Below, in pieces: positions 1-12,873 of a DNA stretch of 64,000 nucleotides; the stretch's first letter is position 1; each line of letters begins with the position of its first letter. The position numbers and the translations under genes were made by a program. Under the pieces are notes generated by a model. The model had not been told where the DNA came from. It worked only from the letters and a program-made list of their open reading frames with translations, and did not search any database. Source of the DNA: Octopus vulgaris (taxonomy: Eukaryota); the NCBI GenBank assembly GCA_951406725.2, contig OX597842.1, positions 7,874,001 to 7,938,000 of the forward strand, given 5' to 3'.

Positions 1-399
1 AGTAAAAATAGCTGTTGTTTAGCCCTAGGTCGGTCCTAATCCAGCAGACTTTTGATTGAATATGTTCCAGCTTTGGCCATCACATCTTTGACCCAAACCT
101 TGTGTATCCAAAACAAAACAGCATGGTGGGATTTGAGGGAAATTGGCTGCTATTTAATGTGTTTCTATCAACCACATAGTGGCTTCCTTGCTGGTGTGAT
201 AGAGGTTCTTTGGGATGAAAACAGTAGTGGTGGTGATGGAAGTGGTAGGAATGGTGGTTATGGTGGAGATGATGGTGTTGGTGATGTTGATGATGATGTG
301 GTGGTGGTGGTGGTGGTAGTGGTGGTGGTGTGGTGCAGTCGTTGCAGAAGAAGTATATTGATTTTTGTTGTTTTAACTCTGGGTCAGTCCTAATCCCAC

Positions 400-600
400 A
401 GACCTAGGATCAAAGGCATATTTGCTATGATGGATGATGGGTCTCTTTGAGCACAACAAATTAACCAATCATCTGAATCCTTTGTCATCTCATCAGTGAG
501 GCTCAGCATCTTGAGATCAGCCTTCCCTATTTTATTCCATGTCTTCCTGGGTCTCCCTCTTCCACAAGTTCCATCCACATTGAGTGCTCTGCACTTCTTT
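400..600 (-). mobile_element. RTE-clade LINE 3' fragment
   Basis: DGTCGRGRPRKTW...DLK.LSL..EMTKD..DW, a typical RTE ORF C-terminus. Confidence 0.7.
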
Positions 601-814
601 AAGCAGCAGCTTTCCTCATTCCATTTTCCCAGTCTACATAGAAACAGCTAAACTGGCTCTGTTTATATATCTACTATGCTTGATCATTAAATCCACAAGT
701 TTTTTTTTAAGTTCTCTCTCTGTTTATTTTCTCGTATTCCTTTCTGTTGAAGAGCATAGGCTCAAAACATAAAAGACTTTATCACATTCCCAAGCATCAA
801 ACTCGTTGAGTTTT

Positions 815-1695
815 TCATATAGACCTATCTAGTATGCTCCAAAGATTTTCAATTGGGTTCATGTCAGGAAATTGACTCGGCCAAGGAAGCTTTTTGAGCC
901 CCTTTTCAGTCAGCCATTGCTGATTCCTTTCCACTCTGTGGTATGGAGCCCCATCTTCCATGAATAAAAACTCATTTTTCATGTTGTTATCGTGTGAATA
1001 CATCGGAAGTAGTCCTTGCTTAAGTATTTCGACGTATTTTTCAGAGTTTATGGTTCCAACACATTCGATCAGCTCAGAACGACCATTGCTGGTGACAACT
1101 CCCCATACCATTACAGAGTTACTGCCATGTTTCACAGTTGGTTGGAGTTGTTTCAAATCAAATTCTTGATTGGGAAGCCTCTAGACCCAAACACATCCAC
1201 TGTCTGAAAACAATGCAAATCTGGATTCATCTGAGAAAATCACTCTATCCCAAAATGAACTGGATTTTTCTGACATCTCCTTCGCCCATTTCTTTCTTCT
1301 CATGATATCAATTGGTTGAGGGAGAGGTTTTCTTCTGCCTGCTCGTCCTATGGATGAGCAGCTAGAAGAAAACTCAAGCTTATACAGATATGTAACACAT
1401 GTTCTTGGACTAACTTCTAGCTGATTTGCAATGTCAGAAACCTTCAAACGGGTTCGTTTTCCACAATTCTCTTCAAACAGTGAAGCTTCCTTTCCAAGGG
1501 CCCAGGTCGGCTGGGACAAGAATCTGTTGAGTCTTTTCCTTGGCTTTTGAATTGCAATATAATTCTATTAACAGTAGCAAGAGGAATTTGAAGATTTTCA
1601 GCAATTTTTCACTGGTTAAGACCAGCCTCAGATTGCCCAACAATACAACCTCTTTGAAAATCTGACAGTTCTGCGGAATCTTTTGTGTGTGGCAT
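815..1695 (-). mobile_element. Tc1-family DD34E transposase pseudogene
   Basis: N-terminal MPHTKDSAELSDFQRGCIVG HTH region with an internal TGA; W..VIFSDESRF; TVKHG..SVMVWG; second D to E spacing counted as 34 (EDGAPYH...PDMNPIENLW); frameshifted. Confidence 0.92.
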
Positions 1696-1825
1696 GGTTA
1701 CTCTTCGCAGATGTTTGATATAATGGCACCTGGAATGAAAAAGAATAATTAGAATTGTAAATTCTACACCGCTGAAAACATATTAAGACTCTTAGATCAG
1801 AAATTTTTGAAAATTAAAGGTGTCT

Positions 1826-2143
1826 CTTTTACTCATTTACTTGTTTTAGTCATTTGACTGTGGCTATGCTGGAGCACCACCTTTAGTCGAGCACATCGAC
1901 CCCAGGACTTATTCTTAGTAAGCCTAGTACTTATTCTATTGGTATCTTTTGTTACAGGGATGTAAACACACCAGCATTGGTTGTCAACATATATATATAT
2001 ATACACAAATATATGATGGGTTTTTTTCAGTTTCCGTCTACCAAATCCACCCACAAGGCTTTGGTCGGCCTGAGGCTATAGAAGAAGACACTTGCCCAAG
2101 GTGGTTTGTAAGCAAGCTACTTACCACACAGCCACTCCTACAC
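1826..2143 (-). mobile_element. tRNA-derived SINE, dominant family (internally deleted copy)
   Basis: Matches the many copies in this window. Confidence 0.8.
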
Positions 2144-2812
2144 CTATTTACTTCCTGCATGTCTGTGTATATATATACATACATATATACATATCACATG
2201 ACCATGTGACTGATTAAACTATCAGATGTTGTTACACATCGCTGGTCACAATGTACTTAGCATTGTTTTAGCCTTCAAATGATTCCCCCACTGCTGGCTA
2301 GGTGAGCAAGCTAACATTTCCCCTTGATCGAAAGGGTAAACTGGGGCAATGTGAAATGAAGTGTTTTGTTCAAGAACACAACATGCTGCCCAGTCTGAGA
2401 ACTGAACCCATGATCTAGCGATTGTGAGTGAAACACCCTAACCATTAGGCCACTCATCTTCACACTCACACACACATAAACACACACAGATATATTTACA
2501 GACATACATACATATACATACACCATATATATATATATATATTTATAAAACCCTTGATTATATATATATATATATATAACCCTTGATTCAGTAACACTGT
2601 GTAGAAACTCTATACTTGGAATGACCAATTTTAAATACTATTGGATTTTACTCATACGGTATTGGAATCTTATATGTATACCATTCTGTCTAAATAAAGG
2701 ATCTACAATTACAATATCCCTGCATATCTCACATCTATTTTCATTCCTCCACCTCACTCTCTATTTCGTATCTTATCTAAATTAACTATTGCTTAACCAT
2801 CTTCTCACACCA

Positions 2813-2857
2813 TCTCTGATGAAGGGATATAATAAATATCCTTGAAACAGCTGTAAG
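2813..2857 (+). ncRNA. Type I minimal hammerhead ribozyme motif (Penelope-type)
   Basis: tct CTGATGA agggatat-aataa-atatcctt GAAA cagctg TA aga: intact core, 8-bp stem II, palindromic stem III. Confidence 0.75.
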
Positions 2858-2935
2858 ACCTTCTATTTATAAATGTCCCTAAATCTACACAGCCTTGGAT
2901 TTTTTATCTCATTACAAAGAAAAATTTTATATATA

Positions 2936-3099
2936 GGCGCAGGAGTGGCTGTGTGGTAAGTAGCTTGTTTACCAACCACATGGTTCTGGGTTCAGTCCCA
3001 CTGCTTGGCACCTTGGGCAAGTGTCTTCTACTTAGCCTCGGGCCGACCAAAGCCTTGGGAGTGGATTTGGTAGACGGAAACTGAAAGAAACCCATTGTA

Positions 3100-3181
<82 letters not shown>

Positions 3182-3340
3182 TGTGTCTGTGTTTGTCCCC
3201 ACTAGCATTGCTTGACAACCAATGCTGGTGTGTTTATGTCCCCATTACTTAGCAGTTCAGCAAAAGAGACCAATAGAATAAGTACTGGGCTTACAAAAGA
3301 ATAAGTCCCAGGGTCGTGTTGCTCGACTAAAAGGCGGTGC
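2936..3340 (+). mobile_element. tRNA-derived SINE, dominant family (representative full copy; more than 25 copies or fragments in the window)
   Basis: Box A/B head (gtggctgtgtggt...ggttcagtccc), internal (TA)n(TG)n, tail ggcggtgctccagcatggcc...gaaacaagtaaaag. Other copies near 12204, 13385, 19912, 23072, 24107, 25075, 29725, 30746, 32879, 34060, 35903, 36318, 39080, 40430, 41605, 45778, 49159, 50458, 51295 and 62254. Confidence 0.9.
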
Positions 3341-3395
3341 TCCAGCATGGCCACAGTCAAATTACTGAAACAAGTAAAAGAAAAAAGAAAAAGAA

Positions 3396-3451
<56 letters not shown>

Positions 3452-3505
3452 CAAAAGTGCTAGTTCAAAAAATCTCATTAAGAGATTAATGCAGTAGTTG
3501 TTTGG

Positions 3506-3602
3506 ACAAGTAATATTCGTAGCCACTTTAACATGGCTGTCCTTCCAAGTAGAGTCTGCTTGAACAGACAGACATGTTAAAGTGGCTACGAATATTACTT
3601 GT
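3506..3602. repeat. Inverted repeat with 30-bp perfect arms
   Basis: 3506-3535 is the exact reverse complement of 3573-3602. Confidence 0.85.
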
Positions 3603-4210
3603 GCGTGTGTGTGTGTAAAATAGCAAAGGCAGCTATATGCAGTATATAACTAAGAAGGAAAAATTCAGTTGTCACTAATTGCGACTGAGTGTACTGGGTA
3701 GTACCTGTATTGCTAGAAATAAGAAGTTAAAACCCTTACAGCCACAAGAAAGCACATTTTCATATACTGACAGGGGAGATAACCACCCACAAGACTAGTT
3801 TTGCCCGAAAAATTACAGGCTTAGCAGTAGTGACTATTCCATCACAAAGAGTTTGGCTAAATCCCAACTGTCAGTACATATACATATATAAATGTAAACA
3901 CTGGCAGAAACATACTTTTTAATCATATAAATGATTTTGATAGACATTATAGTTTGAACAATTAGTTTAACGAGCACTTCACTTCAATAGAGAAATCCTT
4001 TCCTAAGCCTTTGAACATTCTTTTAATCAACGTACCCCTCCCTCTCTATTTGTTCCCTATTTATTATTCCTTTAACCCTTTTCTTCCTACTATCTAACTT
4101 TGACGTCAATTCTACTAATGCTTTTTTTAAACACTTATTAATGTTTTGTTAATCATGTAGGCAGTCATCGTAATTATTATTTTGTCTTGTTGTTGAGAGA
4201 GGCTCCCTTT

Positions 4211-4292
4211 CTTTCCTGATGAGAAGATTGCATCTAACACCGTTCATTCCTTTGGAATAAAACTATGTTGTCTTCGAAACATATGTCGAAAG
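4211..4292 (+). ncRNA. Type I hammerhead ribozyme motif
   Basis: ctttc CTGATGA gaaga...tcttc GAAA catatg TC gaaag: intact core, GUC cleavage triplet, stems I and II pair. Confidence 0.8.
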
Positions 4293-4438
4293 TAAAGGAA
4301 TTTTATTAACATCTTCATTCAACTCCATTTATTTATTTATTCATATATATATTGGAGGTATCGGCGGCGGCTATACCAGAATACGGAGCTATTTCTAGCA
4401 CTAGAGTTGACCTATTTAACGTTAACTCTCTTATATTT

Positions 4439-4528
<90 letters not shown>

Positions 4529-4828
4529 CTTATAAACGCGTGCTTATAGTGATGAATTATATGGTTATTGACAATGTGTCTGTTTTCAGTATATTTGGCA
4601 TTAGAAATTTTTTTCTTTTGCCCTTGTTTATGAATTGTTTATAAATTTAACCTTTAAAGGTATTTTTTAATAAGCTGGCCTTTGATAGAATTTTTTCAAA
4701 AAATTTTATCCTATATTAGATATATATATATATATATAACGGGAAGGTTTACGAAAATAAACAAAAGACGAAGGCAGGTGGAGTACAAACAAACAATGTA
4801 TTAGTATGGCACTCAGGAATAGAAATAA

Positions 4829-4903
<75 letters not shown>

Positions 4904-5099
4904 GGGTGGCGAATACTTGTTATAAATATCACCACCAGTGGCCTAGCATGTATAAAAAGTCAATAGACAACATATTCGTATTTCAAAAAAATTACCCTTT
5001 AACAGGTAATTTTACATGCTAGAAATAGAAGCCAACACGGCCAAAAACCACAATTTTATCGCAAATTTCAAAGTAAATGAAAAATAAAAACCTTTACCT

Positions 5100-5147
<48 letters not shown>

Positions 5148-5671
5148 GTATGTGTGATTAATGATAGAGACTGAAAACGAATGATACAAGAATATTCATT
5201 AATCACTACAATTTATTCAACTCATCTGGCATTGATCCCTTATGGGTGGGATACTGAACAACTGGTTTAGGAGTATCCTAGGGTGTAGATGTGTCTCTTC
5301 GGGTGATTACAAGATGTTTCTCATTAAAATAAACTTTTTTATATCTTCCATCTTCCGTCTCTCTCTCATTAATCAAATACACAACTGTGAAAGTGAATGT
5401 ACTTTATAGGTAACCTACCAGGTGTATACCATGCGATTTATTATCTACTACTATGCACATGTGTGTGTGTGTGCGTGTGCGTGTGTGTGGATGCATGTGT
5501 GTGTAGTTTCCATCTACCAAATTCACTCACAAGACTTTGGTCAGCCTGAAGCTATAATAGAAGACACTTGCCCATGGTTCCATGCAGTGGAACTGAACCT
5601 GAAACTATGTGGTTATGAGCAAACCTCCTACCACACAGCCACACCTGTATGTATATATTTATATACACACA

Positions 5672-6056
5672 CAAGGGATGTTCATTAAAGATTTCCCCTG
5701 ACCCACTTCCCAAGGACTGGGATAAATGAAACTTCTCATAATTGCTAGTCCTTCTCTACATGGCCACCATCAATGGTGACACACTTTTCCCATCACTTTA
5801 TGGAGCTGTGAAGACCTTCCCTGTAGAAGGTCGAAGGCTGCATCTGGAGTCAAAACTTTACCTCGGAAATAAGTTCATCATCCTCCAAAAAGTGCTTCCT
5901 CTTGAAAAAGACTTCATCGTTGGAGAGAGGTAGAAGTCAGATGGTGTGAGGTCGGGAGAGTAAGGAGGATGAGGAAGGATATCTTAGTTGGAGGAGTGTG
6001 CTTTCATCAGGGCAACATGCACATTGTGAGCTGGGGTGTTATCTTGGAGGAGTCAA
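5672..6056 (-). mobile_element. Mariner (DD34D-type) transposase 3' remnant
   Basis: Minus strand reads LLQDNTPAH...LPHPPYSPDLTPSDFYL with an in-frame stop. Confidence 0.85.
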
Positions 6057-6231
6057 ACTCTTTCTTCCTCTGTTTTCCCTTCTATTGTACTTTCCTCTGT
6101 TTCCGAAGAAGAGCGTTTACTCGAAACATTAAACCATCTTTCTTTCCTTCCCTGAACATCTGCTAATACTTTACATGTACCATACCCTCGTGTTGTTGTT
6201 TTTGTGTTTGTTCTTCTTTTTGGATTTACTC

Positions 6232-6317
<86 letters not shown>

Positions 6318-6672
6318 TGTGTATCATCATCATCATCATTTAACATCAGTTACCTCAGAAACCTCACTGAGGAGCTTTAAGTCAGCCCTGACACCTGGGT
6401 AACATAAGCACAGGAAGGAATGGGTATTTTTGAAAAAAGACATGCATTGTTTATGCTGAACTCAAATGATGTGGTGTTATGAGCCAGACTGTGTTGGAGG
6501 GAAGGACCAGAAGTGAGGGTGTGTGCAAGTCCTGTCGGAAGTGGGACCTGCAGTTACCATTGGAAGGGCTGTGGTGGGCATGCAGGGTCCGTGAGGTGTG
6601 AGCAAGCAGTTCCCAGCTTGACAGTGTATGAGAGCAGACGTGTTGGATGGTTCAGCAGCAGACAGACCACGA

Positions 6673-6903
6673 AGGCGGCGAGCTGGCAGAAATGTTAGCG
6701 TGCCGGGCGAAATGGTTAGCAGTATTTCGTCTGTCGCTATGTTCTGAGTTCAAATTCCGTCGAGGTCAACTTTGCCTTTCGTCATTTCGGGGGCGATTAA
6801 ATAAATACCAGTTACGCACTGGGGTTGATACAATCGACTTAATCCGTTTGTCTGTCCTTGTTTGTCCTCTCTGTGTGTAGCCCCTTGTGGGCAGTAAAGA
6901 AAT
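6673..6903 (+). mobile_element. Second SINE family with Meta/MESC-like central domain
   Basis: ggcggcgagctggcagaa head and ctttgcctttc.tc.tttcgggg.cgat.aat..tacca core; flanking near-duplicate agacagaccacg/agacagatcacg. Other copies at about 7180-7510(-), 10840-11260(-), 24540-25010, 49950-50350 and 53592-53821. Confidence 0.75.
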
Positions 6904-7570
6904 AAGTAGACAGATCACGTGGATGTTGTGAGTGACCCCTTCCAGGTATACAGGTAAAACCCCTGTAATTTTCCCTCTACCTTTTTCTGTTTGTCTTTTC
7001 CTCCTTCACATCACAAATGAGTTATTCAAAAACGTGCTGCCAGTGAAGTGAATGGGGAAAGCTTGGACTACAATATCTGTGAATGTGTAAATCTATCTTA
7101 GTCACCACTGAAGCCACAAGTGTAAAACATAATTTTGTCTGAGTGTACAGTGTTCTTAACGGTCAGTGATGGTCTCCCATATTTCAAGGGGCTAAACATA
7201 AAGGGGACAAACAAGGATAGACAAAGGGATTAAGTCGATTACATCAACCCCAGTAACTGGTACTGAAGGGATGAAAGGCTAAGTCGACCTCGGCGGAATT
7301 TGAACTCAGAGCGTAGCGGCAGATGAAATACCTATTTCTTTACTGCCCACAAGGGGCTACACACAGAGGGGACAAGGACAAACAAAGGGATTAACTGGTA
7401 CTTATTTAATTGATCCCGAAAGGATGAAAGGCTAAGTCAACCTCAACTGAATTTGAACTCAGAATGGTAGCTAAGCATTTTGCTCGGCATGCTAACATTT
7501 CTGCCAACCCACCATCTTCAGTGATGGTCTTCCTTGGTCACGAGTGGACAGCCATCATGAATGTGTCTGA

Positions 7571-7601
<31 letters not shown>

Positions 7602-7703
7602 ATGGCAGTTGTGTTGGTTGTGTGGTGGCGATGGTGGTGGTTGTGCTGGACAGCTGATAAATATTGATGCGGCTGACTGGTTTGCAAAGAGAAAAATTGT
7701 GTG

Positions 7704-7936
7704 CATGTGTGTGTGTGTATGAGGATGTGTGAGTGTGTGTGTGTGTGAGTGTGTGTGTGTGTGTGTGAGTATGTGTGTGTGAGTGTGTGTATATGAGTGT
7801 GTGTGTGTGTGAGTGTGTGTGTGTGTGAGTGTATGTGTGTGTATGAGTGTGTGTGTGTGTGTGTATGAGTGTGTGTGTGAGTGTGTGTGCGTGTGTATGA
7901 GTGTGTGTGTGTGTGTGTGCGTATGAGTACGTGTGT

Positions 7937-7970
<34 letters not shown>
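7704..7970. repeat. (GT)n-based compound microsatellite
   Basis: Seen directly in the sequence. Confidence 0.9.
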
Positions 7971-7974
<4 letters not shown>

Positions 7975-8029
7975 AGGTATCAATGAAAGAATAAGAATAG
8001 GGGTGGTCGTATGTCTGCAGGACAAAGTA

Positions 8030-8271
8030 AAACGAAAGAAAGAAGCGAGGCAAGAGTGAAAGTAGGAGATAAAGGGAGAAAGAAAGAGAGGGAGGGAGAG
8101 GAAATGTGTATCAATGAAAGGAGAAGGAAGAGGAGGTGGCTCAAGTTAGTTGCTGAAGGAGACAGAGAAAGAAAGTAAGATATGAGAGAGAGAGAGGGAA
8201 AGAGAAAATAAAGAGGGAGTATGTTTGTGTGAGTATTAATGAATTGCAGAGGGGGGAAAGGGTTTGATACT

Positions 8272-8311
<40 letters not shown>

Positions 8312-10350
8312 TAGGGAGAGAAAGAGAGAGAGAGAGATAGGGAGAGAAAGAGAGAGAGAGACAGGGAGATAAAGAGAGAGAGACTGGGAGAGAAAGAGAG
8401 AGAGAGAGGGAGAGAAAGAGAGAGAGAGAGATAGGGAGAGAAAGAGAGAGAGAGAGACAGGGAGAGAAAGAGAGAGAGACTGGGAGAGAAAGAGAGAGAG
8501 AGAGACTGGGTGAGAAAGAGAGAGAGAGAGACAGGGAGAGAAAGAGAAAGAGACAGGGAGAGAAAGAGAGAGAGACAGGGAGAGAAAGAGAGAGAGAGAC
8601 TGGGAGAGAAAGAGAGAGAGACTGGGAGAGAAAGAGAGAGAGAGAGAGAGACAGGGAGAGAAAGAGAGAGAGACTGGGAGAGAAAGAGAGAGAGACAGGG
8701 AGAGAAAGAGAGAGAGACTGGGAGAGAAAGAGAGAGAGACTGGGAGAGAAAGAGAAAGAGACAGGGAGAGAAAGAGAGAGAGACTGGGAGAGAAAGAGAA
8801 AGAGACAGGGAGAGAAAGAGAGAGAGACTGGGAGAGAAAGAGAGAGAGACAGGGAGAGAAAGAGAGAGAGACTGGGAGAGAAAGAGAGAGAGAGAGACTG
8901 GGAGAGAAAGAGAGAGAGACAGGGAGAGAAAAAGAGAGAGAGAGACTGGGAGAGAAAGAGAGAGAGACAGGGAGAGAAAGAAAGAGAGAGACAGGGAGAG
9001 AAAGAGAGAGAGACTGGGAGAGAAAGAGAAAGAGACAGGGAGAGAAAAAGAGAGAGAGAGACTGGGAGAGAAAGAGAGAGAGACAGGGAGAGAAAGAGAG
9101 AGACTGGGAGAGAAAGAGAAAGAGACAGGGAGAGAAAGAGAGAGAGACTGGGAGAGAAAGAGAGAGAGAGAGACAGGGAGAGAAAGAGAGAGACTGGGAG
9201 TGAAACAGAAAGAGACAGGGAGAGAAAAAGAGAGAGAGAGACTGGGAGAGAAAGAGAGAGGGGAGGGGAAGAGAGAGATGGAGAGAGAAAGGGAGAGGGG
9301 GATAGGGAGGGAGGGGAGGGAGAGTGTGAGGGAGAAGGGGATGGAGAGAGAGAAAGGGAGAGAGATGGCAAGAGAGAGAGAGGGTGATGGAGAGAGAAAG
9401 GGAGGGAGAGAGGGAGGGAGGGAAGGAGAGAGAGAGAGACGGCGAGAGAAAGAGCGGGTGATGGAGAGAGAGAGAGAAGGCGGGAGGGAGGGAGAGAGAG
9501 AAAGAGTAAATGAAAGAAATGAACAAAAGCAAGGGAGAGAGCAAATTAAATGGTGAGTGTGAGAGTGTAGGAAAGAGAGATGGAGAAGCTGTTCTTGAAA
9601 GACCTGGAGAGAGAAAGAGAGTTGAATGGAATCAGGAAGGAAGAGAGAGTGATGTATGTATACTGAGTAACAATGGGGGTAGTAGGAAGAGGAGATGCAT
9701 TTGCCAGGGTGCTGTTGATGTCATTTGTTGATTGGCTGACAGAGTTGCCGGGCGGGAGTGGAAGGGTGAGGAGGGGAAAGGGTTAGCATTGATCTGCTGG
9801 TAGTGAGAAAGAGAGAGTGAGAGAGAGAGAGAAATAGGGAGGGAGTGAGAAAGAGGGAGAGAAAGTCAGACAGACAGTGACAGAGGGAGAGAAAGAGATA
9901 TAGAGAGAGGGAGATAAAGATAGGCAGAGAGAGAGAGGAGAGAGAGAAAGACATATAGAGAGAGGGAGATAAAGATAGGCAGAAAGAGAGGAGAGAGAGA
10001 GAGAGAGAGAGACATATACCGAGGGAGAGAGAGTGACAGAGAGAGATAAAGACAGGAAAAGAGAGAGAGATAAAGATGGACACAGAGAGAGGGGGAGTTA
10101 AAGACAGATAGAGAGGGAGAGATGGAGAGAGAGTGATAGAGACAGACAAAGGGAGATAAAGATGAACACAGAGAGAGGGAGAGAGAGATGATGATAGACA
10201 GAGAGTGACAAAGAGAGAAATAATGATAATTGAAGTTGGAGGAAGGGGAGTGAGTAAATGAAGAGAGTAGAAAAAGGAAAGTAAAGAGAGAGGCAGACAG
10301 CGAAGAGGGAGGAATACGATAGAAAGATATAAAGTGAGAGAGTATAAGGT
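8030..10350. repeat. Polypurine (GA)-rich tract with higher-order minisatellite ac(a/t)gggagagaaa(ga)n at about 8310-9260
   Basis: Seen directly; source of the spurious SL/ER-rich ORFs. Confidence 0.92.
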
Positions 10351-11544
10351 GACAGAAAACAGAGTCAGCTGTGACATCTTAAGGCATGGCACACTGGGGA
10401 GTGGCCCAGGGCACAGGGTTATCATAGGTCAGCTAAAACGGCCTTCATGTCAGGTCAATGCTGGAGTAACATTTAACTGCTATTTCTAGCAAGCCACCCG
10501 ACACTATTGGAATCCCCTTTTATGACTCTCAAACAGTTAACCAACTGACAAGGAAGCCTGTACTTGGTTGTCTGATCAGCTAGAAACAACAGCTAAATCT
10601 TTCTCCAACACAGCCTGCATTCTTCTATATTTTAAAAGGACATGTAGGTTAATATAGTTCCAGATGCACTTTGGATTGGTCACAATTGGAATGTCTTTCA
10701 TCATATGTCTACTTGACCAGGCTAAGCAATAAGAACATTATTCTATCACTGCCATGTTGAGAATGCTTACAACTCTGGTAGCCATGCTATATCACATGAT
10801 GTATAATTGTCACATGGCATGATTTTTTTTCATTTCCACTTTAGGCACAAGGCCTGAAATTTTTTGGGAGCTGGGTGGCCAGTCAATTAGATTGACCCCT
10901 GATTGACTGGTACTTAATTTAAAGACCCCCAAAAGGATGAAAGGCAAAAGTCGACTCCGGCAGCATTTGAACTCAGAACGTAACGACAGATGAAATACCG
11001 CTAAGCATTTTGTCTGGTGTCTAGCATTTCTTATTTCTTTATTGCCCACAAGGGCTAAACATAGAGGGGACACACAAGAACAGACAAAAGGATTCAGTTG
11101 ATTACATCGACCCCAGTGCTTAACTGGTACCTAATTTATCGACCCCAAAAGGATGAAAGGCAAAGTCAACCTTGGAGGAATTTGAACTCAGAACGTAACG
11201 GCAGACGAAATACCGCTAAGCATTTCGCCCTGCATGTCAAAGCAGCAAGCTTGCTGCCTTGACATGGCCGGATATTGTCACATAGAATGTTGCTCTTTGA
11301 GAGTTTTATGAGAGTTTTAACTGAGGGTGTGGGGTTTTGTTTTCTTGTCTGTTTTCTCGTAATAACCTCACTAGCACCAGTGGTATACACACACCAGACA
11401 CACACACACACACAAGGCCTCCAGTACACATTGGAAAAGGGGTTAGCTTCAGGAAGGGCATCTAGTCGTAGAAATCATCATATCAAAAGCAGACACCGGA
11501 ACATGAGGCAGCCCTGTAGCTTGCATAGAAGAAAATGGACATTA

Positions 11545-11790
11545 ACTGACGATGATGGTGATGGTGGTGGTGGTGGTGTGACTGTGATGTGATGATGATG
11601 ATGATGATGATGGTGGTGATGGTGGTGGTGGTGGTGGTGGTGATGATAATGGTGGTGGTGATAGTGACGATGGTGGTGGTGATGATGGTGATGATGGTGA
11701 TAGTGATGATGATGGTGGTGGTGGTGATAATGATGATAGAGGTGGTGATATTGATGGTGATGGTAATGATGACGATGATGATGTTGATGT
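11545..11790. repeat. (GAT/GGT)n trinucleotide array
   Basis: Seen directly in the sequence. Confidence 0.9.
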
Positions 11791-11800
11791 CAGCGTCATT

Positions 11801-12426
11801 CAAGGTTGGGCTGAAAAGTTCATAGGGTTGCCAGAGCTATGAAATCTTGCATGCATTAATTTCAACCCTTCTTATTAATAACTCCATTGCGTCTTTCCAG
11901 GTAAACTGACGTCTGACTGTTCAAAGAAGACTTCAAAAGTAACTGGTAGCAACTTCTCATCAAAATGGACAAAATTTGGCATTGTGATGATATCAAGTAC
12001 TTGCAGAAAAAGCTAAGCCCCAAAGGAAATTCATGCTAAAACGGTTGATAAGTTAAGGGACCATGCTCCAGGTTTATCAACACTGTAAAAGTAGGCAACT
12101 GAATTTAAGAAAGGAAGAGAGAGACTTGGAGATGACCCAAGGTCTGGACGTCCTGCAACTGCCATCACCAAGGAAAATAAAGATCATGTTCATAACAGGT
12201 GACTCTTTTACTCTTTTACTCTTTTACTTGTTTTAGTCATTTGACTGCGGTCATACTGGAGCACTGCCTTTAGTCGAGCAAATCGACCCCAGGGCTTATT
12301 CTTTGTAAGCCTAGTACTTATTCTATCAGTCTCTTTTGCCGAACTGCTAAGTTACAGGGACATAAACACACCAGCATCAGTTGTCAAGCAATATTGGTGA
12401 GGACGAACACAGACATACAAACACAT

Positions 12427-12485
<59 letters not shown>

Positions 12486-12873
12486 TACAACGGGCTTCTT
12501 TCAGTTTCCGTCTGCCAAATCCACTCACAAGGCTTTGGTCAGCCCGAGGCTATAGTAGAAGACACTTGGCCAAGGTGTCACGCAGTGTGTCTGAACCCAG
12601 AACCATGTGGTCCGTAAGCAAGCTACTTACCACACAGCCACTCCTACACCTATCTGACAACATGAAAAACACTTCGCTGGGGGCTTCTATCTCAGTGATT
12701 ATAATGCCATATCTGCTGTTGATGGCTTTTTTGACCAACAAAATGAAAGTTTCTTCACCAATGGGATGCAAGCACTGTGACATTGATGGAAGAGATGTGG
12801 TAAAATAAGCTTCATTCGGTCACATTTAATGAAACTATCTTGGTCAACCTATGAACTTTTTAGCTGACCTTCA
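11801..12873 (+). mobile_element. Internally deleted mariner element with both TIRs, interrupted by a SINE (12204-12650)
   Basis: TIR-like aaggttgggctgaaaagttcatagg ... cctatgaactttttagctgacctt; encodes EFKKGRERLGDDPRSGRPATA. Confidence 0.8.

Noticed and set aside
2904-3218. Recurrent ORFs such as MSSNARGTNTDTQT... and ...RLWSARGYSRRHLPK...
   Set aside because: They are translations of the dominant SINE, not a gene family.
6361-6670. GC-richer unique stretch as a possible exon
   Set aside because: No convincing splice pair or recognisable translation on either strand.
7980-9556. Long ORFs of 348-467 aa (SL-rich, ER-rich)
   Set aside because: They are translations of a stop-free (GA)n minisatellite, open in several frames on both strands.
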